A stretch of DNA of 64,000 nucleotides, from assembly GCA_951406725.2 (NCBI GenBank), contig OX597821.1, positions 85,560,001-85,624,000 on the forward strand. Reading direction: 5' to 3'. Of the stretch, positions 26,940 through 39,600 are shown piece after piece. The DNA is from Octopus vulgaris. Taxonomy: Eukaryota. A model generated the notes under the pieces. It saw nothing but the letters and a program-made list of their open reading frames with translations. It ran no database searches and had not been told where the DNA came from. Position 1 is the first letter of the stretch; every line of letters begins with the position of its first letter. A program made the translations under genes and the position numbers.

Positions 26940-27459
26940 ACATTTAAAATCACTATTAATATTACTGGGTAAAATGCCGGAGACAGTAGTACACACTCAC
27001 TCCATTTATCATACATTTGTATTAGGTTTGCAAGATTCTTGATGTAAACCCATATGCTGAAACAGATTTTGTTGTATCTTGGGACAGTCATTATGCCAAT
27101 AATATACATACACTGGTTCAATTTCATTTCCTTAGTATTTGTTAATTCAACCAACAAAAATAAATGGTTTGATAAATCATATCTCAGACTTGCAAACTAA
27201 TCTGAAGTAGAAAGAGTATGTCACTGAAGAGGTTACAAATGGTGATCAAAGGACTCTGGCAAACACAACTGATTGATTGGGTAGCCAAATGAGTAATAAA
27301 ATAATTGATTAGTTAGTTGATTAAATAGCTAATCAATCAACAGAAAATTAAGAGAAACTGAACTAGTGCATTTGTTTATTATTGACCCCCTCCAAGATAC
27401 AAATTTATTTATTGTCATGAGATTTTCAAGATGAAATCAAAGACAAAAGAAAGACACAA

Positions 27460-27491
<32 letters not shown>

Positions 27492-27963
27492 AAGGAGGAG
27501 GAAAGAAATGAAGTCCTCACATTTCATAAAATAAAATCAACAAAGAGGCAATGATCAGGTTCACATACCAATAGAGGAAGTGCAAAAAATAAAGGAATTG
27601 AAGAAACAGAAAGTGGCATAAACTCCAACATAAGATCTAATGTGACATCAAGGTCCTCAGTGCAGCCAGGTCAAAGTACCTAGTTTATAATATACAATCT
27701 GAGAAGGCAGGAAAGGTTTCAGATTCCAGCACCCACTACAATTATTCTTAATGAGCCATTAATTGATGGATGGGCAGGCCAAACAGAACATCAAAGAGAG
27801 AAAGGGTGAGAATAAAGGAAGGAAGGAAAGAAAGGAGAGGGAGAGAGCAGCATACATGAAGAGGACAATGAAGGAAAGGAGGCTGTCAGGTTAAAACTAC
27901 ATGCATCCCAGAAAATCAAGTAAAATACTGGGTCAAACAATAGCTGGAATATCATAAAAATAT

Positions 27964-28350
27964 ACTCTTTTACTCGTTTCAGTCATCTGACTGCGTCCAT
28001 GCTGGAGCACCGCCTTTAGTCGAGCAAATCGACCCCAGGACTTATTCTTTGTAAGCCCAGTACTTATCCTATCGGTCTCTTTTGCCGAACTGCTAAGTGA
28101 CGGGGACGTAAACACACCAGCATCGGTTGTCAAGCAATGCTGGGAGGACAAACACAGACACACACATATATATATATACATATATACAACAGGCTTCTTT
28201 CAGTTTCCGTCTAACCAAATCCACTCACAAGGCATTGGTCGGCCTGGGGCTATAGCAGAAGACACTTGCCCAAGATGCCACGCAGTGGGACTGAACCCGC
28301 AACCATGTGGTTGGTTAGCAAGCTACTTACCACACAGCCACTCCTGCGCC
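27964..28350 (-). mobile_element. Main tRNA-derived SINE, young full-length copy
   Basis: Reverse complement begins GGCGCAGGAGTGGCTGTGTGGTAAG (A box), has GGTTCAGTCCC (B box) and ends GACTGAAACGAGTAAAAGAG. Confidence 0.92.
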
Positions 28351-28681
28351 CATATAACTATTATTTACAGAATGAGCATTTATAAAAAGAAAAGGGAAGA
28401 GTAAAGTGGGAAGAGGAAAGAAGTAGAAAGATGTTTCCTTTCCACATCACATGACAGTTGAAAGATGATTGTCATTGATATATAGAAAGAGTTTTTCATT
28501 TTTAATATTCTGTCAAAACATGTCTGGCCTAGTGAAAACACTATGTTACATATAAATAGCCGGAGGTTGGTGACATGAAGGGCATCTTCCAATAGGAAAT
28601 TGCTTCAATAAGTGTTGTCTGACCTATGTATGCACATATGTGTGTGTGTAAGTGTGTGTGTGATGTGTGCGTGTATGTTAG

Positions 28682-29038
28682 CATCATCATCATCATTTAA
28701 TGTCCGTTTTCCATGCTGGCATGAGGTAAACAGTTTGACAGGAACTGGCCAAATGAAGATGCCCTTCCTAATACCGACTACATCACAGAGTGTCCTGCGT
28801 GCTTTTACATGACACAGGTATGGGTGCTTTCTACGTGGCACTAGTGCCCACAAGATTAATAATGCTCAACTGAAGAGCGATGCAGGGGACATGCCTGTAT
28901 GCAAGGGCAACCTCAATTTTACTTAGCTTAATGACTTCTCAAGCACAGCAAACTGCCAGGACTCTCGGTCCCCTGTCATCTGCCCAGTGAGGCCCACCAC
29001 CTGAAGATCCTATCTCACTACATTGTTCTACATCTTCC
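28682..29038 (-). mobile_element. RTE LINE 3' fragment
   Basis: (CAT)n-TTTAATGTCCGTTTTCCATGCTGGCATG tail plus degenerate coding sequence ...DLQVVGLTGQMTGDRESWQFAVLEK on the minus strand. Confidence 0.7.
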
Positions 29039-29095
29039 ATGCATGCATGTGTGTGTATTTATATGTGTGTGTGTATGTATATATATATATACATA

Positions 29096-29499
29096 GGCGC
29101 AGGAGTGGCTGTGTGGTAAGTAGCTTGCTAACCAACCACATGGTTCCGGGTTCAGTCCCACTGCGTGGCATCTTGGGCAAGTGTCTTCTGCTATAGCCCC
29201 GGGCCGACCAATGCCTTGTGAGTGGATTTGGTAGACGGAAACTGAAAGAAGCCTGTCGTATAAATGTATATATATATATGTGTATGTGTGTGTGTCTGTG
29301 TTTGTCCCCCCTTAGCATTGCTTGACAACCAATGCTGGTGTGTTTACGTCCCCGTCACTTAGCAGTTCGGCAAAAGAGACCGATAGAATAAGTACTGGGC
29401 TTACAAAGAATAAGTCCTGGGGTCGATTTGCTCGACTAAAGGCAGTGCTCCAGCATGGCCACAGTCAAAATGACTGAAACAAGTAAAAGAGTGTAAAGA

Positions 29500-29500
<1 letters not shown>
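29096..29500 (+). mobile_element. Main tRNA-derived SINE, young full-length copy
   Basis: A box TGGCTGTGTGG, B box GGTTCAGTCC, central (TA)n(TG)n tract, 3' GTGCTCCAGCATGGCCACAGTCAAAATGACTGAAACAAGTAAAAGAG. More than ten related copies occur in the window. Confidence 0.92.
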
Positions 29501-29536
<36 letters not shown>

Positions 29537-30105
29537 CAGGGTGTCCATAAAATCTCTTTACAATTTAAAAAAATTATTACAAAGGCAGTTGATGAAATAT
29601 TTTAACCAGATTTGTTATATTTTTATAAATGTTTATTAAAGTTTTTATTGATATTAAATTTTTGTGTTTCAGATACTCTGTTGATGGAAGGGAACTGATT
29701 CACTGAACCCCTATAAAATGGCTACTCCTCATGAAAAGGCACAATGTGTATCCTGGTTTACTGAGACAAAATCGGATGTCTAGACTCAACGAAACTACAG
29801 AACTAAGTATGGAAGAGATCCACCATCACGTCCTTCCATTTGTGCATGGCACAAGAAATTTATGGAGACAGGGACTGTGTTGGATAAAGAAGGGGCGGGC
29901 GACCGAGAACATCTGATGAAAATATGGATCGTGTTTCAAAAGCCTTTGCCCATTCTCCTACGAAGTCCATCCGCACTACTGCCAGACAGTTGCAACGATC
30001 ATGTTCAACAGTGCGCAAGATCCTCCACAAGAACTTACGGTTGTACGCTTATAAAGTGCAAATGTTACAGGCACTTGAGCCAAATGACAAACCAAAACAA
30101 AAAAC
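29537..30105 (+). mobile_element. Tc1/mariner transposon 5' half (rosa-like N-terminal HTH), pseudogenised
   Basis: TA|CAGGGTGTCCATAAA terminus; from ATG 29718: MATPHEKAQCVSWFTETKSDV*TQRNYRTKYGRDPPSRPSICAWHKKFMETGTVLDK, then after a frameshift ...SPTKSIRTTARQL...LRLYAYKVQMLQAL. Truncated by (TA)n. Confidence 0.85.
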
Positions 30106-30143
<38 letters not shown>

Positions 30144-30146
<3 letters not shown>

Positions 30147-30508
30147 CGTGGGCATGGCTGTGTGCTAAGAAGCTTGCTTACCAACTACATGGTTCCGGAT
30201 TCAGTCCTTGGACAAGTGTCTTCTACTATAGCCTTAGCTGACCAAAGTCATGTCTGTGGATTTGGTTAATTGAAACTGAACGAAGTCTGCCCTATATATA
30301 TATATATATATATATGTACATTATATGAGTCTATTTGTGTCTGTGTTTGCTCTACCACACCATCACTTAGAAACTGATGCTGATGTGTTTATATCTCTAC
30401 ATCTTAACGGTTACAAAGAATAAGACCAAGGGCCGATTTCGTCAACTGAAAGTTGGTGCTTCAGCATGGCCACACTCAAATGACAAACAGGTAACAGAAT
30501 AAGAGAGT
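30144..30508 (+). mobile_element. Diverged copy of the main SINE
   Basis: GGCGTGGGCATGGCTGTGTG...GGATTCAGTCC...GGTGCTTCAGCATGGCCACACTCAAATGAC. Confidence 0.8.
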
Positions 30509-30518
30509 ACTATATTTA

Positions 30519-30556
<38 letters not shown>

Positions 30557-30564
30557 CATGTGTG

Positions 30565-30694
30565 TGGCGTTAGGAAGGGCATCCAGCTGTAGAAACTGCC
30601 AAATCAGATTGGAGTCTGGTGCAGCCATCTGGTTTGCCAGACCTCAGTCAAATCATCCAACCCGTGCTAGCATGGAAAGCGGGTGATGATGATG
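30565..30694 (+). mobile_element. RTE 3' tail fragment
   Basis: GGCGTTAGGAAGGGCATCCAGCTGTAGAAAC...CCCGTGCTAGCATGGAAAGCGG-(GAT)n. Confidence 0.8.
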
Positions 30695-31012
30695 TGTGTA
30701 TATATATATACATATATTTATATATGTATATACACATACATACATACATACATACATTTATATACACATACATATATTTATATACACATATATTTATATA
30801 CACATATATACATACATATATTTATATACACATACATATATATATATAAATATTTACAAACATATATATATTTATATACACATATAATAAGTCCTCGTAT
30901 TGTTTGTCTTGTACTCTGTTTTTTCGTTGCTGAAAAAAGTCTGTTTCCTTGTTTGTTTTTTATGTTTTCGTTTCTCATTGTGTTCTACGTTTATTTGTGG
31001 TGTCCTGTACTC

Positions 31013-31045
<33 letters not shown>

Positions 31046-31635
31046 TATATCATCATAAGAAGGAAGGTATGCACAGGTGGACTGTCTACGTCGCCGGGTC
31101 TTCGGATGGTGTCTTTATGTGCCACCGACACAGGTGCCAGATGTGGCTGGCGAACGGCCACGATATATATATATGCATGTATATATACATATAGATGTAG
31201 GTATGTACATATATGTATGTATGTATGCATGCATGTTTTATTTGTTAAATTGTTATTACATATATATACATACATATATACACACACACATATATATATA
31301 TACGTATACACACACATATATATACACAAATATATACATATATAGACGAGAAAATGGAGGAAAAATAACAAAGAGAAGTGTGTCTTTGCACTAGTAAACC
31401 ATTATACATGTATATACATGTGTATGTATACACACACACGCACACACACATATATAGTTGAAATTTACAGAAAAAGAAAAGACAAAGGCAGGTGTATAAA
31501 CAAATAAACAGGTATATTTGTTTAACACACGGGAAGGTGAGAAAGTCTTTTACATTTCGCGCCTACGCTCTTCAACAGAAAGGAACACAAGGAAATAAAG
31601 AGAGAATAAAAACAGCTTTGAGCTAGCAGTCAATC

Positions 31636-31674
<39 letters not shown>

Positions 31675-31689
31675 TAGATAGATAGATAG

Positions 31690-33955
31690 ATATGAGACAA
31701 AATGAGATAAAGCCAAGGTTGTGAGTAGTTTACAGGACATTTATAAGGAAAAAGATATGTAGTGTTACAGCTGTGTCTGCGATATTGACTATCCCTTCAT
31801 CAGAAACGATGTAAGATGGTTAAATAGAGGTAAATATTTGAGTTCAAAATAAGGAATTATTATGGAAAAGATGGAGACAGGGAATATAGAGGGAAATAAG
31901 GGAATAAAAGTAGAAATAAAATATAAAAAGAGACAACATAGTTGCAGTTCCATTATTCGAGGAAAGTGGTGTATAGAAGTGGTAAAAAAGTTTCCTGTAC
32001 ATGGTACATTAGTTCCAATTGTAGTTCATGTTTAGGGGGGTATGGATTCTGCGTTGATGAAAATTTGAGAACATATTGGTAGTATTTGTGGATAGATGAG
32101 GGGGTGTATGATTAAATAGGTCAAAATGAAAACAGGAAGAGTAAAATGAGAAGAAAGAGAAAGAAACGGGAGAGAAAAAAGTGAAGAAAGGGTGAAAGAA
32201 GTGAGAACAGGAGTGTTAGTTGGTGGTCAAGATAATGTGAGGGGAGGATGGGAGAGGAGTGAGGGAAGGATGCAGAGATGAGAAGGTAAGGAATGAATAA
32301 GTGTGAGATATGTGAGTAGGGGTGATATTAAAGAGCTGCATTAAGGGATGGGTAGAGAAAAGGTATGGGTGTAGTAGTAGTAGTAGTAGTTTTAGTAGTA
32401 AAATTTCAAGTGGAAGGGAGAATACAAGGCTGTCAAATTTCTATAAATAGACATATGTGATTGTATAGGTTACTGTGATAGCTAGGAATCAGAGAGGGGG
32501 AAAGAAGATATGACATATGTATGAGCGCACATATATACATATATGTGCACATATGCATACATATACACATACATATACATACACATACATATATATATAT
32601 ACATGCATGTCATATGCATCCATAAATGTATTCATACACACGTGTGAATACATATACACATATGTGCAAACATGCACAGGCGCACATGCACTTAGCCACA
32701 TGCATGTACGCATACAGGTACATACGTATAAATATATACACATACATACTCATATTTGCATATACATATGCACGTACATATACATACACACATATATAAA
32801 TATATATATATATACATACATACACTCATATTTGCATATACATATGTACGTACATATACATACACACACACACATATATAAATATATATATATATACATA
32901 CATACATACATACACACACACATTATATATATATATATATATATATATACATACACATTAACACACACACATGTATCTGCTTGCATATCCATATATGTAG
33001 TATTAAATCTGAGATCCTTAAAATAAGATAGGGGAGTTAAAAAATTGAAATGGAGATAAAGGAAAGTTAAGTAGAGTTGTTGGGGATTACCTAAGGGGTG
33101 TTGTGAGTATATGCTGTGTGGTTATTTAGGTTGCATTTAGATTTATGGTAAAATTTGAAGGTATGAAAAAAGTGGTGGTTGCAAGAACTAAGGGCCTCAT
33201 TATATTTATATAGCAGTGTCGAGGAGCTGTGTTTTAATATGTGGAATGCCTCTTTTAAGCATAACTTACAGGCTAAGTGTTGACCTTGGTATGGAAGCCC
33301 TAAATCTATTATGGACCATGACAAAATGTAGGGAATATTTCTATTTTTGAGATGTGATGTATATGACTGGCAAGTGTTGTGGATTTACTGTGTTTCTCGT
33401 ATCTAAAAGAATTGAGATGAGTGGCATATGGCTGTTTTAAATTTATGGTTGACCCTATATATATATATAGCTGTAGAATTGTGTAATAGGTTGAGGACAG
33501 TGCATTTATAAATTACATTAGATCTTCTACAATGGGTTTGTAGAGGGCAGATGGACCCAGGACGGCAGTTACAAGTGGGTGTATTTTGGGGATTATTTTC
33601 AGGAATGGAGGAGGTAATACTGTCAGTGTAGGAGTTAGAGATGAGGGTAGAAAGGTCTAAGTTATTAGTGTTATTATTACTATTATCATTATTATTGCTA
33701 TCTTAGTTGTTAATTACTCTATCTGTAACGGTGGTGGAAGTTGTGGTAATATTCTGAATAGTGTTAGTAGGATAAGTTGGGTTATGGTTGTGGTCTAACG
33801 TATGGGGTTCAATGCTGGGGCTGTGTATATGTTGGGCGTTTGTGTATTCAAAGTTGTTATAGTGTGAGTTGTGATAGTAGAAAGCTTTTGTTTATTAGAG
33901 GCTGCTACAATAAATTCGAAGTGGAGTGGGATGGAATAGGATAGCTTCAGGGTAG
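31690..33955 (-). mobile_element. Penelope-like retroelement relic (GIY-YIG endonuclease region and terminal repeat), interrupted by a microsatellite
   Basis: Minus strand 33575-33130 gives CNCRPGSICPLQTHCRRSNVIYKCTV...YIGST...WSII...PY...CKLCLKEAFHIL...EALSSCNH, the PLE Zn-finger/GIY-YIG pattern, with frameshifts. A CTGATGA-containing terminal motif lies at 31763-31803. Outer boundaries are approximate. Confidence 0.75.
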
Positions 33956-33959
33956 AGCT

Positions 33960-36000
33960 ATTAAAGATAGAATTGATCCGGAAAGAGATCCACAAAAAAA
34001 ACTGGTCCAACATTCTGTGAATGCAAGACATTGATCAAAAACTCAGACAGTTTATAAGCTATATGCACTAAATATGTCCAAGAAAGAAAGGCCAGCACAC
34101 TGTCAAACAAGATCCCCAGGGACAGAAAAATCCTCATGAGACGTAGGTCAAAGATCTCAAAGCAGCTGAATAGGCAACTGAAGGATAGAGAGAAATCTGT
34201 CTTAACACGGACGCTCTTAGAAATTGAAAGCAACATCAAACTCTCTCATGAAAGGGAAAGAGCAGAGAGAGAGAGAGAGAGAGAAGGGCCGTAGAAAGCA
34301 TAAAAACAAATCCCAAAAGCTTTCTATAAATTCACAAAGGAAACAGCAACAATACAATATAAAATAGGATCATTGTTCCAAGGGAATGGCTCACTGATGG
34401 CAGACCCACAAAGGATAAGTGAGATACTCAGTGAACAACTTAAAAGTGTCTTCACTTCTCCCCTTGGACACATGCAAATAAAAATTCCAGCTGAATTCTT
34501 TGATATTGCAGCTCTAAAAAAGGAGGCACCAGTCATCAATTACATCAATATTAAGGAAACAGATGTAACAGTGGCCATAGATGAAATGAGATCATGCTCC
34601 GCTGCTGGTCCTGGTGGCTTCCCAGCTATTCTCCTAAAGTCATGTAGGCAGGCTTTAGCGAAACTACTTCAGATACTTTTCCAAAGTTTCCTTGCAAGTG
34701 GTATACTTCCTAAAAAGCTGAAAGAAGGTATTATATGCCCTATCCACAAAGATGGAAGCAGAGCAGAGGCCAAAAACTACAGGCCAATCTCTCTGACTTC
34801 GCATATCAGTAAAATCATGGGGCGAATCAGCAGAAAGAAGTTGATAATGTTCCTAGAAGAAAATGACCTACTGAACAATACTCATCATGGCCTCTGTCCA
34901 GGAAGAAGCTGTCTCACACAGCACTATGACTGGGTTTTGAAACAGCTGCTTGACCATTCAGAGGTCAGTGTGATATATCTAGACTTTGCAAAGGTATTTG
35001 ATAAGGTAGATCATGGCATAATAAGTCATAAGCTACGAGACCTTGGCATTGCTGGTAAACTGGGAAAGTGGCTGCATGACTTCCTTAAAAACAGATGTCA
35101 GTTAGTTGCAACCAATGGCACCCTTTCTGAGGAAATCGTAAGTGGTGTCCCCCAGGGAACTGTTCTGGGGCCATTACTGTTCATAATAGCCCTCTTAGAC
35201 ATGCCCACATTCACTCAGACAGCCACTGTCACTAGCTATGCTGATGATACAAAATTATCACAGGCAATAAAAAACCAAGAGGATGTTACAGGATAATTTT
35301 GTATAACTTGTATATTGAGTTTAGGTCCCACTGAAACAGTGGGCCGAAATAAACAACATGCAGTTTAATGCTGGAAAATTTCAAGCACTGCACTATGAAC
35401 TCAGTACAAGACCCGAAGGCACTACAATCCCAGAGTTACAGGTAGTGAAAGACTTTGGTATCAGCACGTGCAATGACGCATCATTTCATATGCACAAAAG
35501 ATGGCATCAAAATGCAGACAATTGGCAGGATGGACACTGAGGTCCTTCAAGACAAGAGACCAAGAAAGTATGTTGACCCTGTGGAGAACCTTTGTTCTCA
35601 GCCACCTGGACTACTGTTCCCAGTTGTGGTCACCACATAGTGCCAAATTAACAGCAGAGCTTGAAGCAGTCCAATGCCACTACACTAAAAAGATTGAAAC
35701 AGTGCAGTGGATGAGCTACAGGGATGGGCTGAGAAAACTACAGCTCTACTCCTTGGAGTGAAGGTGGGAGAGATATGCATTAATATACATATTGAAAATC
35801 CTAGAGGAGCTAGTACCTAACTTTAGCATTGAGTGTTATACAAATACCAGAACTGGCTGCCATTATATTGTACCAAAGGTACCATCCACTCCATCTAAAT
35901 TCAGGACCAGGTATTGCAATAGTCTAGGGTTTTAAAGGCATACAGCTCTTCAGTGTACTGCCACAAAAACTAACAAATTTGCACAAGGTGGAAGAAGATG
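33960..36000 (+). mobile_element. CR1-group LINE ORF2 pseudogene (reverse transcriptase and C-terminus)
   Basis: ORF 34373-35296 has NYRPISLTS, YLDFAKVFDKVDH, SGVPQGTVLGPLLF and YADDTKL. Downstream broken frames give [12 protein letters not shown] and LQLYSLE. Confidence 0.95.
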
Positions 36001-36002
36001 TC

Positions 36003-36501
36003 TGAAGGACACATGATGTCGCCTTACTTCTTTCCACAAGGCCTTACAGTTAAATCTGCTGCCTACATTGCGGTCCTGAAAATAGGTGTTAAGCCTTGGA
36101 TAGAAAGTATATACAATGGAAGACCATATTTGTTTCAGTGAGTCTCTGCACTATCACACATGGCTCTAGTAACACAGGAATGGATAGCTGAAAATTTTCA
36201 TGATCACATAACCCCTAACATTTGGCCTCCTCATTCTCCTGATCTCAATCCATTGGATTATGACATGTGTAGCATTGTTGAGAGACAGATCAATGAACAC
36301 GCCCATAACACCAAAGAGTAGGTAGATGATTTAAATCTCATATAGAAGCAGTTGTTGAAGCTGAAGGTGGATTTACTGAATAACATTAAAGAAATGAAGG
36401 TTTATTTTTATCCTCATAGGATATTTTGACAAGTAAAGTTATCTGTTATTATATTTGTTTTTTTCTAAACATATATCTGTCCTCAAAGAAATCATGCACC
36501 C
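36003..36501 (+). mobile_element. Tc1/mariner (maT/DD37D-like) transposase 3' fragment with right TIR
   Basis: EGHMMSPYFFPQGLTV...GRPYLFQ*...IWPPHSPDLNPLDY; ends AAAGAAATCATGCACCCTG|TA. Confidence 0.8.
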
Positions 36502-36514
36502 TGTATATGTCTAT

Positions 36515-36545
<31 letters not shown>

Positions 36546-36616
36546 GGGGTTGGAAAAATGATGGAAACACCCAGCATCATAGCATTATAATTTTGAAATA
36601 TCTCTAAAACTGTGAA

Positions 36617-36779
36617 AAGCTGGAGCACCATGTTTAGTCACACAAATCGAATCCAGGACTCTGTCTTTGTAAGCCTAGTACTTATTCTATTGGTCACTTT
36701 TGCCAAACTGCTAAGTTACAGGGACATAAACACACTAATATCGGTTGTCAAGCGATGGGGGGGGGGGGGGCAAACACAG

Positions 36780-36811
<32 letters not shown>

Positions 36812-36973
36812 GACAGGCTTCTTTCAGTTTCCATCTACCAAATCCTCTCACAAGGCTTTGGTCAGTTTGAGGCTTTAGTAGAAGACACTTGCCCAAGGTG
36901 CCATGCAGTGGGACTGAACCTGGAACCATGTGCTTGGTCAGCAAGCTAGTTACCACACAGCCATTCCTGTACC
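36617..36973 (-). mobile_element. Main SINE, lacking its extreme 3' end
   Basis: GCTGGAGCACC...GCAGTGGGACTGAACC...CCACACAGCCATTCCTG matches the family in reverse complement. Confidence 0.85.
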
Positions 36974-36985
36974 TATATATATAAA

Positions 36986-37682
36986 CAGGGGTTGAACAAA
37001 ATAATGGAAACACCTGGCTTCATAGCATCATAATTTTGAAATAATCTAAAACCGTGAAAAGCCTGTTTATTTTTGTGTTTTGATTTATTATTAGTGTTGC
37101 TTAATATGTTTTGCTAAAATTGCTGTTTCTGTTCAGATATCATCAGAAAAAGGTAATTAAAATTCATTAAAATGACAGCTCTATTGGACTTTCAAAGAGG
37201 TCAAATTGTTGGTGCTAGTATGGCAGGCGCTAGCATAACGAAAACAGCCTAAATGTTTGGTGTATCATGAAGTATTGTCTCAAAAGCAACGACAGCCTTT
37301 GAGAAAGAGGGAAAAACCTCCTCGTGAAAACAAAACTTCGGAAGAAAACCAAAACTTTCAGAGAGGTACCATTGGTCTCTTGTGCAAATTGTTAGAAAGG
37401 ATCACAAAAGTACAGCTCCCAAAATTACTGCAGAGCTTCAAGACCACCTCCAGAACACAGTTTCCACAAAAATTCATCACCGAGAGCTGCACAAAGCTAG
37501 ATTGCATGAGAGGGCTGCAATTAGAAAACCACTACTTTCAAAAAGAAACGTTGCAAGGTGTTGAGTGTGGAGTAATAACCTACAAAATTGGTTCCTAGAA
37601 CGGTGGAAGAATGTCATTTTCTCAGACAAGTCCTCCATTACCTTATTTCCAATCACCAGCCAAGTATATGTGTGGAGACATC
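36986..37682 (+). mobile_element. Tc1-like transposon 5' half, pseudogenised
   Basis: CAGGGGTTGAACAAAATAATGGAAACACC terminus; from 37172 MTALLDFQRGQIVGASMAGASITKTA*MFGVS...GRKPKLSER..., then ARLHERAAIRKPLLS and WKNVIFSDKS. A second left end lies at 36544-36620. Confidence 0.85.
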
Positions 37683-38319
37683 ATATATACCTGTATATAC
37701 ATAGATATATAAATACGTACATATATATACATATAAATATGTATGTACATATACATATATATGTTCATATACATACATATATATGTTCATATACATATAT
37801 ATATATGTTCATATACATATATATACTTATACATATGTATGTATATATACATACATATACATATCTATATGCATATATGTATATATATGCAAATACATAT
37901 GCATACACATATGCATACATATACATATGTATATACATACACATATACATTGTCCATACCATAAAGAAAAATAAAATTAAATTACACTAAGTTAACGGTT
38001 ACTCAAAATTCATTCTCACTGCATTGTGCAAAAGTACATTTATATGCGTGTAGTCATTTCAATAATTCAGAAATTCTATTAAGTACCTTTTTGTTAGGCC
38101 ACAGAATAGACAGGGATTCCTATAAGCAGAGACGGCATCTCCTGGAAATTGCACTGAATGGTTTTGCATGTCTAACTATGGACGAAGTAATGTACTATTT
38201 CGTATTAGCATCCTTCAGTCGCCATATATATGTATATATACAAATATACATGTATATATACGTATAAATATACATACATATACGTACAAATATACATACA
38301 TATACGTATATATACATAC

Positions 38320-38355
<36 letters not shown>

Positions 38356-38555
38356 CAATAATAATAGTGATTGTTTCTTATTAGGAACAATAGGGTTAAC
38401 AGGACTGCTATAGAGGTGCTCAAGTAAATGAGAAGATTATAAACTATTTTGTTAGTTTAGTTTGTTACAAATACACATACTAATAAGTATATATTGGGTT
38501 GTCCGGAAAGTTCATGCCGATTTATAGTAGCTTACCTTTCGACTTATTTTAGAAC

Positions 38556-39600
38556 ATGGTGTTGCTACATAATTTTACCTCACAAATGCTTTTTAGCAAT
38601 TGACATTTGTTGCTGGAGGGAGTTTGATGCTGCTGCCCTCATTTGCACCTCCTGCCACAAAGTTGGTTCATCTGGGACACTTGACAGCAAGAGGTCCAGC
38701 TTTATTTTGAAGACACCTACATCCACCCCATGCAGGTTTCTCAGGTCCTTCGGGAGGATATTGAAGAGCTGTGGATCTCTGAAGCCCAGGTTATTGCAGT
38801 GTCTTGTCCTACATCTTGATGGCAAATTTGGAGACCTTGGCACTATGCAGTGGTGCCTAGTTCTAGTATTTGTGTAACTCATAATGCCAAAGTTTGGGAC
38901 AAGTCCTTCCAGATGTATATTATGGTATATCTTTCTTGCCTATGCTCTAAGGAATAGAGACTTAATCTCTTGAGTCTTTCCCAGTAGCTTATTTCTGCAT
39001 CGAGGTTATATTCTTCATGTAGCTTCGTTGGATTGCCTCAAGTTCTGAGATTAATTTGATATTGGTTGGGTACCATAGCTGAGAGCAATAGTCAAAGGAC
39101 AAATGTCCTCCAGAGGACCATCATGGTTTCCTGATCTCTTGTTCTAAAAGTTCTAAGAATCCATCCGGTCAGCTGCCTGCATTTCATTGCCAATTTAGCA
39201 ACATGCACATGGAAGGATGCCTCATTACTCATGTAAATGCCCAGGTCTCACACTGACTGTGCCTCTGGGATTGCAATCCCTCCAGGTCCAGTGTATTTAA
39301 TGGATATTGCATTTAGTTTTGCATGCTGATAGCACAAGGCTTGAAACTTTACAGCATTAAACTGCATGCTATTCTTTTCAGCCCACTTGTATATTTCATC
39401 CAGTTCACATTGCAAGTGCATAGTGTCTTCAGGGTTCTGTATTACCTGCGAGACTTTTGTATCATCTGCATAACTTGTGATCATGACTGTGTGTGTGGCT
39501 GACAGCATGTCTGAGAGGGCCATTCTGAACAGTAGTGGTCCCAAAACAGTGCCTTGCAGGACACTGCTCACTATTTGTGTGTCATTGGAGGTGGCCCTAT
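38556..39600 (-). mobile_element. CR1-group LINE 3' fragment
   Basis: SVLQGTVLGPLLF...YADDTKV (39248-39571) and C-terminal ...GFRDPQLFNILPKDLRNLHGVDVGVFKIKLD (38580-38882). Confidence 0.9.

Noticed and set aside
26524-27042. 172-aa ORF and similar recurring ORFs (EDTCPRCHAVGLN..., LPNPLTR...)
   Set aside because: Chance reading frames through SINE copies; the same peptide recurs wherever the SINE does.
29096-29170. SINE heads as additional tRNA genes
   Set aside because: They have A and B boxes but no complete cloverleaf, and continue into a shared SINE body.
34373-35296. 307-aa reverse transcriptase ORF as a functional or domesticated gene
   Set aside because: Starts at TTG, has deletions in conserved motifs, and is flanked by frameshifted and stop-containing continuations: a decayed LINE.
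38491-38555. TATTGGGTTGTCCGGAAAG, resembling a mariner TIR
   Set aside because: Only about 60 bp, with no partner TIR or transposase sequence; too little to annotate.
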